This document shows positions 9,813-18,017 of a DNA stretch of 24,000 nt, piece by piece. Position 1 is the stretch's first letter; each line of letters opens with the position of its first letter. The stretch spans positions 1,116,302 to 1,140,301 of the forward strand of contig NZ_CP038493.1 of NCBI RefSeq assembly GCF_004752005.1, written 5' to 3'. The stretch is from Thalassotalea sp. HSM 43. GTDB lineage: Bacteria; Pseudomonadota; Gammaproteobacteria; Enterobacterales; Alteromonadaceae. The notes beneath the pieces are model-generated. The model was given only the letters and a program-made list of their open reading frames with translations. It made no database searches and was not told the origin of the DNA. A program made the position numbers and the translations under genes.

Positions 9813-11474
9813 CTATTCTCCCTCTACTTGTGCGCTTGAATCATCAACAACATTCGCCGCGTCTTGCGCGTCAATCGAAGTTGGCAATTGATATTGAAAA
9901 CTACTTAACGCAATTGCCGTTTCAATGTCGGTTAATGTCTCGCCACTCTTGATGCGTTTGAACTGTGCCAGTTGGTTGCTAAACAATGCATCTTGTTTAT
10001 TGAGTTGACGAACCGGTCGACCCTGCGCTTTCGCCAATTGTTGCTCACTCCATAACAATAATGATGGGCTGACATCCTCACTGAGGTTGTCGACATACTC
10101 TGCTGGCGGTTGCCATAACAACACCGCTTGTTGATTGTAGCGACGGGCAACAAAATTTTTATTAAGTAATACCGTGTTACCAGCAAAATTAACGTTTAAT
10201 ACATCATCACTGCCGGTCTTGGCTTTGCCATCAACGACCCCATAAAAAGGCGCACCGTTTTCATCGTAAAAGGCAATGATCGACTTATGGCCTAACGCCA
10301 ATAAAGTGTCAAAACTGCCGTTAAACCAATGACACTGTAAATTAAATTGTTGCGCGGCTGCACAGACGTTCTTATCACTCGCCACATAATCGATATGCCA
10401 TTGACGATATAATTCGGTAAACGCCGTATTCAACTCGCGACTGCTGTTTATCAGGGTATTACTGATATGACTGCGCTGTTGATTCAGTTGCTCATCATTA
10501 AACGCCTTAAGGCGTTGTTCACTGACCGCAAACAACTGCTTTTCGCTGTTAAGTTGTTGCTCACCTATGACCGCACCAATTGCTGCCGGTATCAACACGA
10601 AGGCACTAAACATAGCCGCCTTGGCCCAAGGTGTTTGCCATGGGCTAAATTTTTTTGTATCCATATTGAGTGCTTCTTTGGCAGCAGCGCCAATTAAGCG
10701 TTTATCAACATGGGTTTGATGTTCTGCGTAAGCGCCAAGTAATGAGCGATCACACAATACATTTATCAGCCTAGGTACACCACCTGATATTTTCTGAATC
10801 AATTTAACCGCCGATTTATCGAATATCGGTCGGTTACTGCCGGCAATCGTCAATCGATGCTCTATATATTGCTGGGTTTCATTAAAACTTAATGGCAGTA
10901 GATGATAACGAGCGGTAATGCGCTGTGCCAATTGACGTAAATCTTTACGTTTTAGTAATTCTTGTAATTCAGGCTGACCAATTAAAATAACCTGCAGTAG
11001 CTTTTTGGTATGAGTTTCAAGGTTGGTCAGTAAACGCAGTTGCTCCAATACCTGAGGCTCAAGGTGCTGGGCTTCATCAATCACCAACAGTGTATTGCGA
11101 CCATGTTGATGGTTTTCCAATAGATGATTCAATATCGCATCGGTAAGATGTTTGAGTGTTGCGCCATCATTGTACTTAATCGATAACTCGTCACAGACGG
11201 TCGCCAATAATTCATATGCGGACAACGTTGGGTTTAGGATAAACGCCGCTTGTGTATTCGCCGGTAATTGGCTCAGCAAGCGTTTTGATACCGTGGTTTT
11301 ACCGGTACCTACCTCTCCCGTTAACATAACAAAGCCACCAGCTTCGCCAAACCCATAGGTCAGATGTGCCAAAGCCTCTTTATGGCGAGGGCTCATATAC
11401 AGGTAGTCAGGGTTAGGAGCGATGGAGAAAGGCGCTTCGCTCAGACCGAAATATTGCAGATAATTTTGATTCAT
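9813..11474 (-). CDS. gspA: Type II secretion accessory AAA ATPase GspA/ExeA-like
   Basis: 553 aa. The N-terminus YFGLSEAPFSIAPNPDYLYMSPRHKEALAHLTYG is ExeA-like. It has Walker A GEVGTGKT, Walker B LLVIDEAQHL, a central TM segment (AAMFSAFVLIPAAIGAVIG) and a ~250-aa periplasmic C-terminal region. Confidence 0.85.
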   Translation of the reverse strand: MNQNYLQYFGLSEAPFSIAPNPDYLYMSPRHKEALAHLTYGFGEAGGFVMLTGEVGTGKTTVSKRLLSQLPANTQAAFILNPTLSAYELLATVCDELSIKYNDGATLKHLTDAILNHLLENHQHGRNTLLVIDEAQHLEPQVLEQLRLLTNLETHTKKLLQVILIGQPELQELLKRKDLRQLAQRITARYHLLPLSFNETQQYIEHRLTIAGSNRPIFDKSAVKLIQKISGGVPRLINVLCDRSLLGAYAEHQTHVDKRLIGAAAKEALNMDTKKFSPWQTPWAKAAMFSAFVLIPAAIGAVIGEQQLNSEKQLFAVSEQRLKAFNDEQLNQQRSHISNTLINSSRELNTAFTELYRQWHIDYVASDKNVCAAAQQFNLQCHWFNGSFDTLLALGHKSIIAFYDENGAPFYGVVDGKAKTGSDDVLNVNFAGNTVLLNKNFVARRYNQQAVLLWQPPAEYVDNLSEDVSPSLLLWSEQQLAKAQGRPVRQLNKQDALFSNQLAQFKRIKSGETLTDIETAIALSSFQYQLPTSIDAQDAANVVDDSSAQVEGE

Positions 11475-11607
11475 GATGTTATTTTTAATGTCGATTACCT
11501 CAAACGCTAACCAAACATCACTGATAAGTCAAAATTTGCCGCTATTTTGCTGGTGAAAAGTGCGATACACTTACAAACAATCAACAAATTAGTGCCATTT
11601 TACTCCC

Positions 11608-12852
11608 ATGACAGCAAATCTGGATGCCATTGCTGAAAATACCTTTCTGGTTGGCGGCGCAGTGCGCGATACGCTACTCGGCCGTGATGTACATGAACAC
11701 GATTACCTAGTGGTCGGTGTCAGTCGCGAGACCATGTTGCAACTTGGCTTTAAACAAGTCGGCAAAGACTTCCCGGTTTTTCTCCACCCAATAAGCAAAG
11801 ATGAGTACGCGCTAGCACGCACCGAGCGCAAGCAAGGTAAAGGCTATACCGGCTTTACCTGTTATGCCGAACCCGATGTCACACTTGAGCAAGACTTGAT
11901 CCGTCGCGATCTCACCATCAATGCCATGGCACAAAACCAACAAGGGCAAATTTTTGACCCGTATGGTGGCCAACAAGATTTAGCAAAAAAATTACTGCGT
12001 CATGTCTCCTCGGCCTTTGCCGAAGACCCTTTACGGGTGCTACGGGTTGCTCGTTTTGCTGCCCGCTATCATCATTTGGGCTTTAGGGTGGCTGACGAAA
12101 CCAACGCCCTAATGCAACAAATGGCAGAGTCTGGCGAATTAAATCATTTAACGGCGGACAGAGTCTGGAAAGAAATGTCTCGAGCGCTACTGGAACACGA
12201 TCCTGATGTTTTTATTCAAGTGTTGCGTGATTGCGGTGCCTTAAAAGTTATTTGGCCTAGTTTGGATGCGCTATGGGGCGTGCCGAACCCACCAGCGCAT
12301 CACCCAGAAATTGATTCTGGCGTACATACACTAATGGTATTGCAACAAACAGTGCGCTTAAGTGATGACTTAGCGGTGCGATTTGCCAGCTTATGTCACG
12401 ATTTGGGCAAAGGACTGACAGCCAAAAAACACTGGCCAAGCCATCGCGGCCACGAAAAGGCAGGTCTACCATTGGTCGAACAGGTGTGTGAGGCGTTTCG
12501 AGTACCGAATCAGATTAGAGAATTAAGCCTGAAAGTGTGTGAGTTTCACTTGCATTGTCATCGAGCGCTTGAGCTCAAACCCAGCACCATACTAAGCCTG
12601 TTTGATAAACTCGATGCTTGGCGTAAAAAAGAGCAATTTGAGTGGTTTTTATTGGCATGTGAAGCCGATGCTCGAGGCCGCACAGGGCTCGAAGACTCAG
12701 CCTACCCACAAGCGGATTACTTAAGGCATGTGATGCAAACCTGTTTGACGGTAAACGCAAAAGAGTTTGTAGCCCAAGGCTTGCAAGGATTGGCAATCAA
12801 ACAGGCCATTTATAATAAAAGATTAGAACTCGTGCAGCAGTTACGTCCGTAA
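11608..12852 (+). CDS. cca: Multifunctional CCA-adding enzyme (tRNA nucleotidyltransferase with HD phosphohydrolase domain)
   Basis: 414 aa. Contains FLVGGAVRDTLLG, a RRDLTINA-type motif and the HD-domain context SLCHDLGK. Length matches gammaproteobacterial Cca. Confidence 0.95.
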   Translation: MTANLDAIAENTFLVGGAVRDTLLGRDVHEHDYLVVGVSRETMLQLGFKQVGKDFPVFLHPISKDEYALARTERKQGKGYTGFTCYAEPDVTLEQDLIRRDLTINAMAQNQQGQIFDPYGGQQDLAKKLLRHVSSAFAEDPLRVLRVARFAARYHHLGFRVADETNALMQQMAESGELNHLTADRVWKEMSRALLEHDPDVFIQVLRDCGALKVIWPSLDALWGVPNPPAHHPEIDSGVHTLMVLQQTVRLSDDLAVRFASLCHDLGKGLTAKKHWPSHRGHEKAGLPLVEQVCEAFRVPNQIRELSLKVCEFHLHCHRALELKPSTILSLFDKLDAWRKKEQFEWFLLACEADARGRTGLEDSAYPQADYLRHVMQTCLTVNAKEFVAQGLQGLAIKQAIYNKRLELVQQLRP

Positions 12853-12950
12853 AAGCCAGGCATGTTCTAAACTAACTGCAGCGTACCGTTAAATTAGCCA
12901 ACTAAAATAAAGGCGTTAACTAATATATTAGCGAAACAAGCGAAAGCACT

Positions 12951-13394
12951 ATGCAGGATATTATTGATACTCTTAAGCAAGTAAAAACCATCGCTTTACT
13001 CGGCGCCAGCGACAAACCGCAACGTGCCAGTCATCGCGTGATGGCCTACTTGCAACAACAAGGCTACCGAGTCTTACCGGTTAACCCACAATTGGCAGGG
13101 CAAACCTTGCACAATGAGATGGTATTCGCCTCTCTTGCTGACGTTGTTGCCAACATTAGTGAGCCTATCGATATGGTGGATGTGTTTAGATTGCCTAAAT
13201 ATTTAGCCGAGATTGTTGAACAGTGTCATACCTTAGCTATCGGAATAATATGGACACAATTGGGCGTTGTAGATGCCGACGCACAAGCATTAGCGCAGCA
13301 ATATGGTATCGACATGATAGTCGACCGATGTCCTAAAATTGACATTCCAACGCTGCAATCTCAAGGTTTGCTGTCCGAACCAGTACACGGATAA
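12951..13394 (+). CDS. yccU: CoA-binding domain protein (YccU family)
   Basis: 147 aa. TIALLGASDKPQRASHRVMAYLQQQGYRVLPVNP, MVDVFR and DRCPKI closely parallel E. coli YccU as I recall it. Confidence 0.85.
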   Translation: MQDIIDTLKQVKTIALLGASDKPQRASHRVMAYLQQQGYRVLPVNPQLAGQTLHNEMVFASLADVVANISEPIDMVDVFRLPKYLAEIVEQCHTLAIGIIWTQLGVVDADAQALAQQYGIDMIVDRCPKIDIPTLQSQGLLSEPVHG

Positions 13395-13418
13395 TTTTTT
13401 GCTTTTGCCCTTATCGCA

Positions 13419-13464
13419 CTTAGCCCTTAGCTCTTAGCTCTTCGCTTTTATAGCTCTTAGCTCT
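13419..13464. repeat. Degenerate heptamer tandem repeat (CTTAGCT-like, about 5-6 units)
   Basis: The sequence reads cttagcc cttagct cttagct cttcgct tttatagct cttagct. It lies in the convergent gap between yccU and uppP and overlaps the uppP stop codon (13463-13465). Confidence 0.6.
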
Positions 13465-14260
13465 ACACAATAAACCAAAGTAAAAAAGCGCCGAGTATTA
13501 GGCGGTAGATAACAAACGGCATCATGCCCAACTTGTCGAGCAGGATCAGAAAATAATGGATGCAGGCATACGCGCTAACAAACGCCACTGTCGCACCAAG
13601 GGCTATGGCTTGCCAATCAACCCCGTTCGCTTCAAGGATCAGCTTTAAAGTCAAATAACTGCCAGCCATGGCAATGGCAGGAATGGATAATAAAAACGAA
13701 AAACGGGCAGCGGCATCTCGTGTTAAGCCAAGCATCATACCCATAGTCATGGTGATGCCTGAGCGCGAGGTACCTGGAATCAATGCCGTGGCTTGTGCTA
13801 AGCCAACCAACATTGCCCCTTTAAAACCTAAGTGTTCGATTTGTTTGTTTTGCTTGCCTTTGATATCGACAAAGCCCAGCAATAAACCAAAGACAATCGT
13901 GGTAAAGGCAATCACGGCGGCACTGCGCAAATTCTCTTCAATAAAGTCTTTACCGAATAAACCAAACAACCCGGCAGGAATGGTGGCAAAGATAATCCAC
14001 CAGGCTAATGTCGCATCAAAACTGTGTTTTTTATGAACAACGCTATCGGTCCAGGCAAACAGCATGCTGCCCACTTCTTTGCGAAAATACAGCACCACAG
14101 CCAACAAGGTGCCGACATGAACTGCGACATCAAACGCTAAGCCTTGGTCAACCCAGCCTAACAGTTGTGACGGTAAAATAAGATGAGCGGAGCTGGAGAT
14201 TGGCAAAAACTCGGTGAGTCCCTGAATCAATGCCAAGATAATGGTTTCAATAGTAGACAT
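13463..14260 (-). CDS. uppP: Undecaprenyl-diphosphate phosphatase
   Basis: 265 aa polytopic membrane protein with the BacA/UppP motifs [11 protein letters not shown] and PGTSRSG. Confidence 0.95.
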   Translation of the reverse strand: MSTIETIILALIQGLTEFLPISSSAHLILPSQLLGWVDQGLAFDVAVHVGTLLAVVLYFRKEVGSMLFAWTDSVVHKKHSFDATLAWWIIFATIPAGLFGLFGKDFIEENLRSAAVIAFTTIVFGLLLGFVDIKGKQNKQIEHLGFKGAMLVGLAQATALIPGTSRSGITMTMGMMLGLTRDAAARFSFLLSIPAIAMAGSYLTLKLILEANGVDWQAIALGATVAFVSAYACIHYFLILLDKLGMMPFVIYRLILGAFLLWFIV

Positions 14261-14332
14261 GCTAAGAAGAGCGTTCCTTTGTTATTATTTTATCGCCGCT
14301 TTGCCTTCATTTAAGAGGCTAATGTTTCATGG

Positions 14333-14830
14333 CTAGCGAAATTCAGGCCATGTAAATTCTACGCGCGTTAGATACTGTAGGCTTTTATCGTACTCTTGCC
14401 AAATTTGTTGATAGCTTTTTTGCAATACCGGGTGAATATCATCTGGCGCTAACTCAGCCAGTGGTTGCAAAACATAGGCGTTTAACGGGATCTCATCACG
14501 GGGCAATTGCACCGGTTCATCCATCACTAAGTCATCATACAATAAAATATCTAAATCCATCTTACGCGGGCTAAATTTCTTCGAGAAATCAACTCGACCA
14601 TGCTGCTTTTCCAACGACTTTAACAGCGCACCTATGTACTCGGGTGACTTTGAGGTTTCAACTTTGGCGACCAAATTATAAAAATTTTCACCGCTAAAGC
14701 CTACGGGTTCGCATTCATATACCGATGACAACAGCACATTATCAAATTCACTATATAAAGCACGAGCCGCCAAAATAATTTGGTTTTCGCGATCAATATT
14801 GCTGCCAATTGAAATATAAACCTGAGCCAT
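14333..14830 (-). CDS. folK: 2-amino-4-hydroxy-6-hydroxymethyldihydropteridine diphosphokinase (HPPK)
   Basis: 165 aa. The N-terminus VYISIGSNIDRENQI, a central FSPRKMDLDILLY region and PLNAYVLQPLAE are typical of HPPK. Its ATG overlaps the folB stop (TAATG). Confidence 0.9.
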   Translation of the reverse strand: MAQVYISIGSNIDRENQIILAARALYSEFDNVLLSSVYECEPVGFSGENFYNLVAKVETSKSPEYIGALLKSLEKQHGRVDFSKKFSPRKMDLDILLYDDLVMDEPVQLPRDEIPLNAYVLQPLAELAPDDIHPVLQKSYQQIWQEYDKSLQYLTRVEFTWPEFR

Positions 14831-15186
14831 TAAGCTTTACTGCCTCTTTCAATAATGACGCCAACACCGCTGGCATTGGCAACCGCATCAGGCTTATTAA
14901 TTTTTAATTTGAGCCATTTTATTTGATAGGCTTGCATTAAATGCTGACTTAGGTTTTCAGCCAAAGTTTCTAATAAATCAACAACTTTAGCATTGGCAAA
15001 GGTTTCAATTTCATTGGAGATTTGCGCATAATCAAGGGTTTTCGCCAGCTCATCACCAGACGCCGCAGCACGAATGTCACAGCCCATTTGCAGATCAAAG
15101 ATTAGCGGCTGTTTGATGGTTTTTTCCCAATCATAATAGCCAATAGTAGTGTCTATTTTCAGACCTTCAATAAAGACGATATCCAT
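14830..15186 (-). CDS. folB: Dihydroneopterin aldolase
   Basis: 118 aa. MDIVFIEGLKIDTTIGYYDWEKTIKQPLIFDL is typical FolB. It sits divergent from plsY, as in enterobacterial synteny. Confidence 0.92.
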   Translation of the reverse strand: MDIVFIEGLKIDTTIGYYDWEKTIKQPLIFDLQMGCDIRAAASGDELAKTLDYAQISNEIETFANAKVVDLLETLAENLSQHLMQAYQIKWLKLKINKPDAVANASGVGVIIERGSKA

Positions 15187-15334
15187 GCTGACTTAGCACT
15201 CTTATTACCAAAAACACAATTTTACCCTAATGTTATATGGAAACACCACTCATTGTGTTGTTAGAATGGCACAATAAACGCTTTGTTTAAAAAACAAACA
15301 AAGATAATCACAATTCAAAATAGGAGACAGTCCG

Positions 15335-15910
15335 TTGTTTATGACAATTTGCATTGTTATTGTCGCCTATTTATTCGGCTCCATTTCCAGTGCCGTATTA
15401 ATATGCCGCTTACGAGGCTTACCCGACCCAAGAACCCAAGGCTCTAATAACCCGGGCGCGACGAATGTATTGCGCATGAGTAATAAGGCAACCGCGGCAG
15501 CGGTATTGCTGTTTGATGTGTTAAAGGGAATGGTTCCGGTGTGGGGTGCTTATAAACTCGGGGTCGAGCCATTACATCTTGGTTTTATCGCCATCGCTGC
15601 CTGCCTTGGCCATATGTATCCAATATTTTTTAATTTCAAAGGTGGCAAAGCCGTGGCGACCGCCTTTGGTGCGTTAGCGCCGATTAGCTGGATAATGGCA
15701 TTTGCGCTGATCATCACTTGGGGTTTGATCGTCAAATTCAGTCGCTACTCGTCTTTAGCGGCAATTGTCACCGTATCATTAGCGCCACTATATACCTTTA
15801 TTATAAAACCGCTGTATACCAATTCGGTAACTATGTTGTCGGTGCTGATCATATTCAGACACCGTGACAACATCATGCGCCTAATAAAAGGCAAAGAAGA
15901 CAAAGTCTAA
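15335..15910 (+). CDS. plsY: Glycerol-3-phosphate acyltransferase PlsY
   Basis: 191 aa membrane protein with the YLFGSISSA and GSNNPGATN motifs. The start is ambiguous. TTG at 15335 is 8 nt after AGGAG (15322-15326), while the ATG at 15341 is 14 nt after it. Confidence 0.92.
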   Translation: MFMTICIVIVAYLFGSISSAVLICRLRGLPDPRTQGSNNPGATNVLRMSNKATAAAVLLFDVLKGMVPVWGAYKLGVEPLHLGFIAIAACLGHMYPIFFNFKGGKAVATAFGALAPISWIMAFALIITWGLIVKFSRYSSLAAIVTVSLAPLYTFIIKPLYTNSVTMLSVLIIFRHRDNIMRLIKGKEDKV

Positions 15911-15927
15911 AATGTTGCCACGCTTAA

Positions 15928-16941
15928 CTAGACTGGTGGCAATGTATCTAAAGGCCAGCGCGGGTTAGCTTTAAACGTTAAATCAGCGCTGACACCAGAC
16001 TTAAGACGTTGCATACCAGCAAAGGCGATCATCGCACCATTATCAGTACAAAACTCTGGACGAGGATAATAGACCTTGCCATTCAACTTTTGCATGGTCG
16101 CCGCCAGCTTTTCACGTAACGACGTATTCGCACTTACGCCACCGGCGATAACCAATCGATTTAAACCACATTGTTGTAATGCACGTTTGCATTTGATCGC
16201 TAAGGTATCGACAACCGCTTCTTGGAAGGCATACGCAATATCTGCTTTGGTTTGATCGCTGCTGTCATTATCGCGAATGGTATTTGCGGCAAAGGTTTTT
16301 AAGCCAGAGAAACTAAAATCAAGACCCGGTCGGTCTGTCATCGGTCGCGGAAACTTATAACGACCTTGCTGACCAGCTTCCGCCATTTTTGCTAATACCG
16401 GACCACCTGGGTAATCAAGACCAAGTAACTTAGCGGTTTTGTCGAATGCTTCACCTGCCGCATCATCAACCGACTCACCTAACATTTCATATTGGCCAAT
16501 ACCGTCGACACGAACCAACATGGTGTGGCCACCAGACACTAATAAGGCAATAAATGGAAACTCTGGTACATCGTCTTCCAACATAGGCGCCAATAAATGA
16601 CCTTCCATATGATGCACCGGCACCGCTGGTAGATTCCAACCATAGGCTAATGAGCGACCTATTGAGCAACCCACCAATAAGGCACCGACCAAACCCGGGC
16701 CGGCAGTATAGGCAACACCATCTAAATCCGCTGGTGATAGTCCCGCTTCCTTTAATGCTTCTTTAATTAATGGTATGGTCTTGCGCACATGATCACGTGA
16801 TGCTAATTCTGGTACGACCCCGCCATAATCGGCGTGCACTTCGATTTGAGAATACAGCTTGTGGGCCATAATGCCCTGCTGTTCATCATAAATGGCAATA
16901 CCGGTTTCATCGCATGAGGTTTCGATACCTAAAATTCGCAT
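15928..16941 (-). CDS. tsaD: tRNA N6-adenosine threonylcarbamoyltransferase TsaD
   Basis: 337 aa. Contains [14 protein letters not shown], the HHMEGH metal site and GGVSAN. It sits divergent from rpsU, as in E. coli. Confidence 0.96.
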   Translation of the reverse strand: MRILGIETSCDETGIAIYDEQQGIMAHKLYSQIEVHADYGGVVPELASRDHVRKTIPLIKEALKEAGLSPADLDGVAYTAGPGLVGALLVGCSIGRSLAYGWNLPAVPVHHMEGHLLAPMLEDDVPEFPFIALLVSGGHTMLVRVDGIGQYEMLGESVDDAAGEAFDKTAKLLGLDYPGGPVLAKMAEAGQQGRYKFPRPMTDRPGLDFSFSGLKTFAANTIRDNDSSDQTKADIAYAFQEAVVDTLAIKCKRALQQCGLNRLVIAGGVSANTSLREKLAATMQKLNGKVYYPRPEFCTDNGAMIAFAGMQRLKSGVSADLTFKANPRWPLDTLPPV

Positions 16942-17062
16942 AAATCTAAGATTCCATTGGCAGAATTAACATTAATTTTACAGCACATTGCCGTAAGCGG
17001 AGCAATTTTAACTCCCAATCAGTTTTTTCACCACAGCTTTTCAATAAAAAACCATTTAAGAC

Positions 17063-17092
17063 TTTACATTGGTGAATGGATCGGATTAAAAT
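17063..17092 (+). promoter_or_regulatory. Candidate sigma70 promoter for rpsU operon
   Basis: TTTACA (17063-17068), an 18-bp spacer, then TAAAAT (17087-17092). It lies about 75 nt upstream of the rpsU ATG. Motif only. Confidence 0.35.
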
Positions 17093-17165
17093 GCTGCACC
17101 ATTTTTAATCAGACACGATTATTTGTATATCGGGTCAACAGTATTCACTAGAGGTGAGAGGCACA

Positions 17166-17381
17166 ATGCCAGTAATTAAAGTAAGAGAAAACGAGCCGTT
17201 TGATGTAGCTCTACGTCGTTTTAAGCGTTCATGTGAAAAAGCAGGTATCCTTTCTGAAGTTCGTCGTCGCGAATCTTTCGAAAAGCCGACTTGGGAACGT
17301 AAGCGTAAAAAAGCGGCTGCAGTTAAGCGTCACGCGAAGAAAGTTGCTCGCGAAAACGCTCGTCGCGTTCGTTTATACTAA
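17166..17381 (+). CDS. rpsU: 30S ribosomal protein S21
   Basis: 71 aa from the ATG at 17166 ([27 protein letters not shown]...), preceded by a GAGGTGAGAGG Shine-Dalgarno region. The ORF-track GTG at 17154 adds 4 non-conserved residues and overlaps the SD. Confidence 0.95.
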   Translation: MPVIKVRENEPFDVALRRFKRSCEKAGILSEVRRRESFEKPTWERKRKKAAAVKRHAKKVARENARRVRLY

Positions 17382-17406
17382 GACTTTAGGCATAATCGCT
17401 TAAATT

Positions 17407-17853
17407 ATGAGTTTGTTTGAACAACTCAGCAACGAAATGAAAAACGCCATGCGTGCTAAAGACAAACCTCGTCTTGGCGTAATACGTATGGCGTTGTCAG
17501 CTATTAAGCAGGCGCAAATTGACGGTCAAAAAGACGTGACCGACGACGACATCATTGCCTTGATCACCAAAATGATTAAGCAACGAAAAGAATCTGCAGC
17601 CATGTATACCGATGGCGGTCGTCCTGAACAAGCTGCCAGCGAACTAGCTGAAACTGTCGTTTTGGAAGAGTTTCTTCCACAAGCACTAACGGCTGACGAG
17701 ATCAAAGCATTGATCGAACAAGCTATTGCCGACACCGGTGCCGCCTCAATGGCTGACATGGGTAAAGTGATGGGCGTGTTAAAGCCGAAAATGCAAGGAC
17801 GTGCTGATCTTGGCCAAGTAAGTGGTCAGGTACGTGCTGCATTGAATGCATAA
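17407..17853 (+). CDS. yqeY: GatB/YqeY domain-containing protein
   Basis: 148 aa. LSNEMKNAMRAKDKPRLGVIRMALSAIKQ and GKVMGVLKPKMQGRADLGQVSGQVRAAL are typical of the YqeY family. The position after rpsU is common in many bacteria. Confidence 0.88.
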   Translation: MSLFEQLSNEMKNAMRAKDKPRLGVIRMALSAIKQAQIDGQKDVTDDDIIALITKMIKQRKESAAMYTDGGRPEQAASELAETVVLEEFLPQALTADEIKALIEQAIADTGAASMADMGKVMGVLKPKMQGRADLGQVSGQVRAALNA

Positions 17854-17870
17854 GTCAAATTAGTTTATAT

Positions 17871-17903
17871 AAAAAACCGCACTATTAGGTGCGGTTTTTT
17901 TTT
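17871..17903 (+). terminator. Rho-independent terminator between yqeY and dnaG
   Basis: A6 run, stem CCGCAC (17877-17882) / GTGCGG (17889-17894) with a 6-nt loop, then a T9 run (17895-17903). Confidence 0.85.
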
Positions 17904-18017
17904 GCTAATGACTAAATATTCAACACTGTGTGTCGACAACGATTGTCTATTGAAAGACGAATTTGTTATAGTAACTTTTCCCCTGAATAACACATCAGCA
18001 GATAATAATTACAGAAC

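Noticed and set aside
17123-17141. Possible LexA box upstream of rpsU (TTGT...ACAG), considered because the E. coli rpsU operon has one.
   Set aside because: The spacing between TTGT and ACAG is 11 nt rather than the 8 nt of CTGT-N8-ACAG, and the first base is T rather than C. It does not fit the consensus.
16957-17151. 64-aa ORF in the tsaD-rpsU divergent intergenic region.
   Set aside because: It has a non-ATG start, no SD and no recognisable motif. It covers the AT-rich region that should hold the rpsU and tsaD promoters, so it is most likely a chance ORF.
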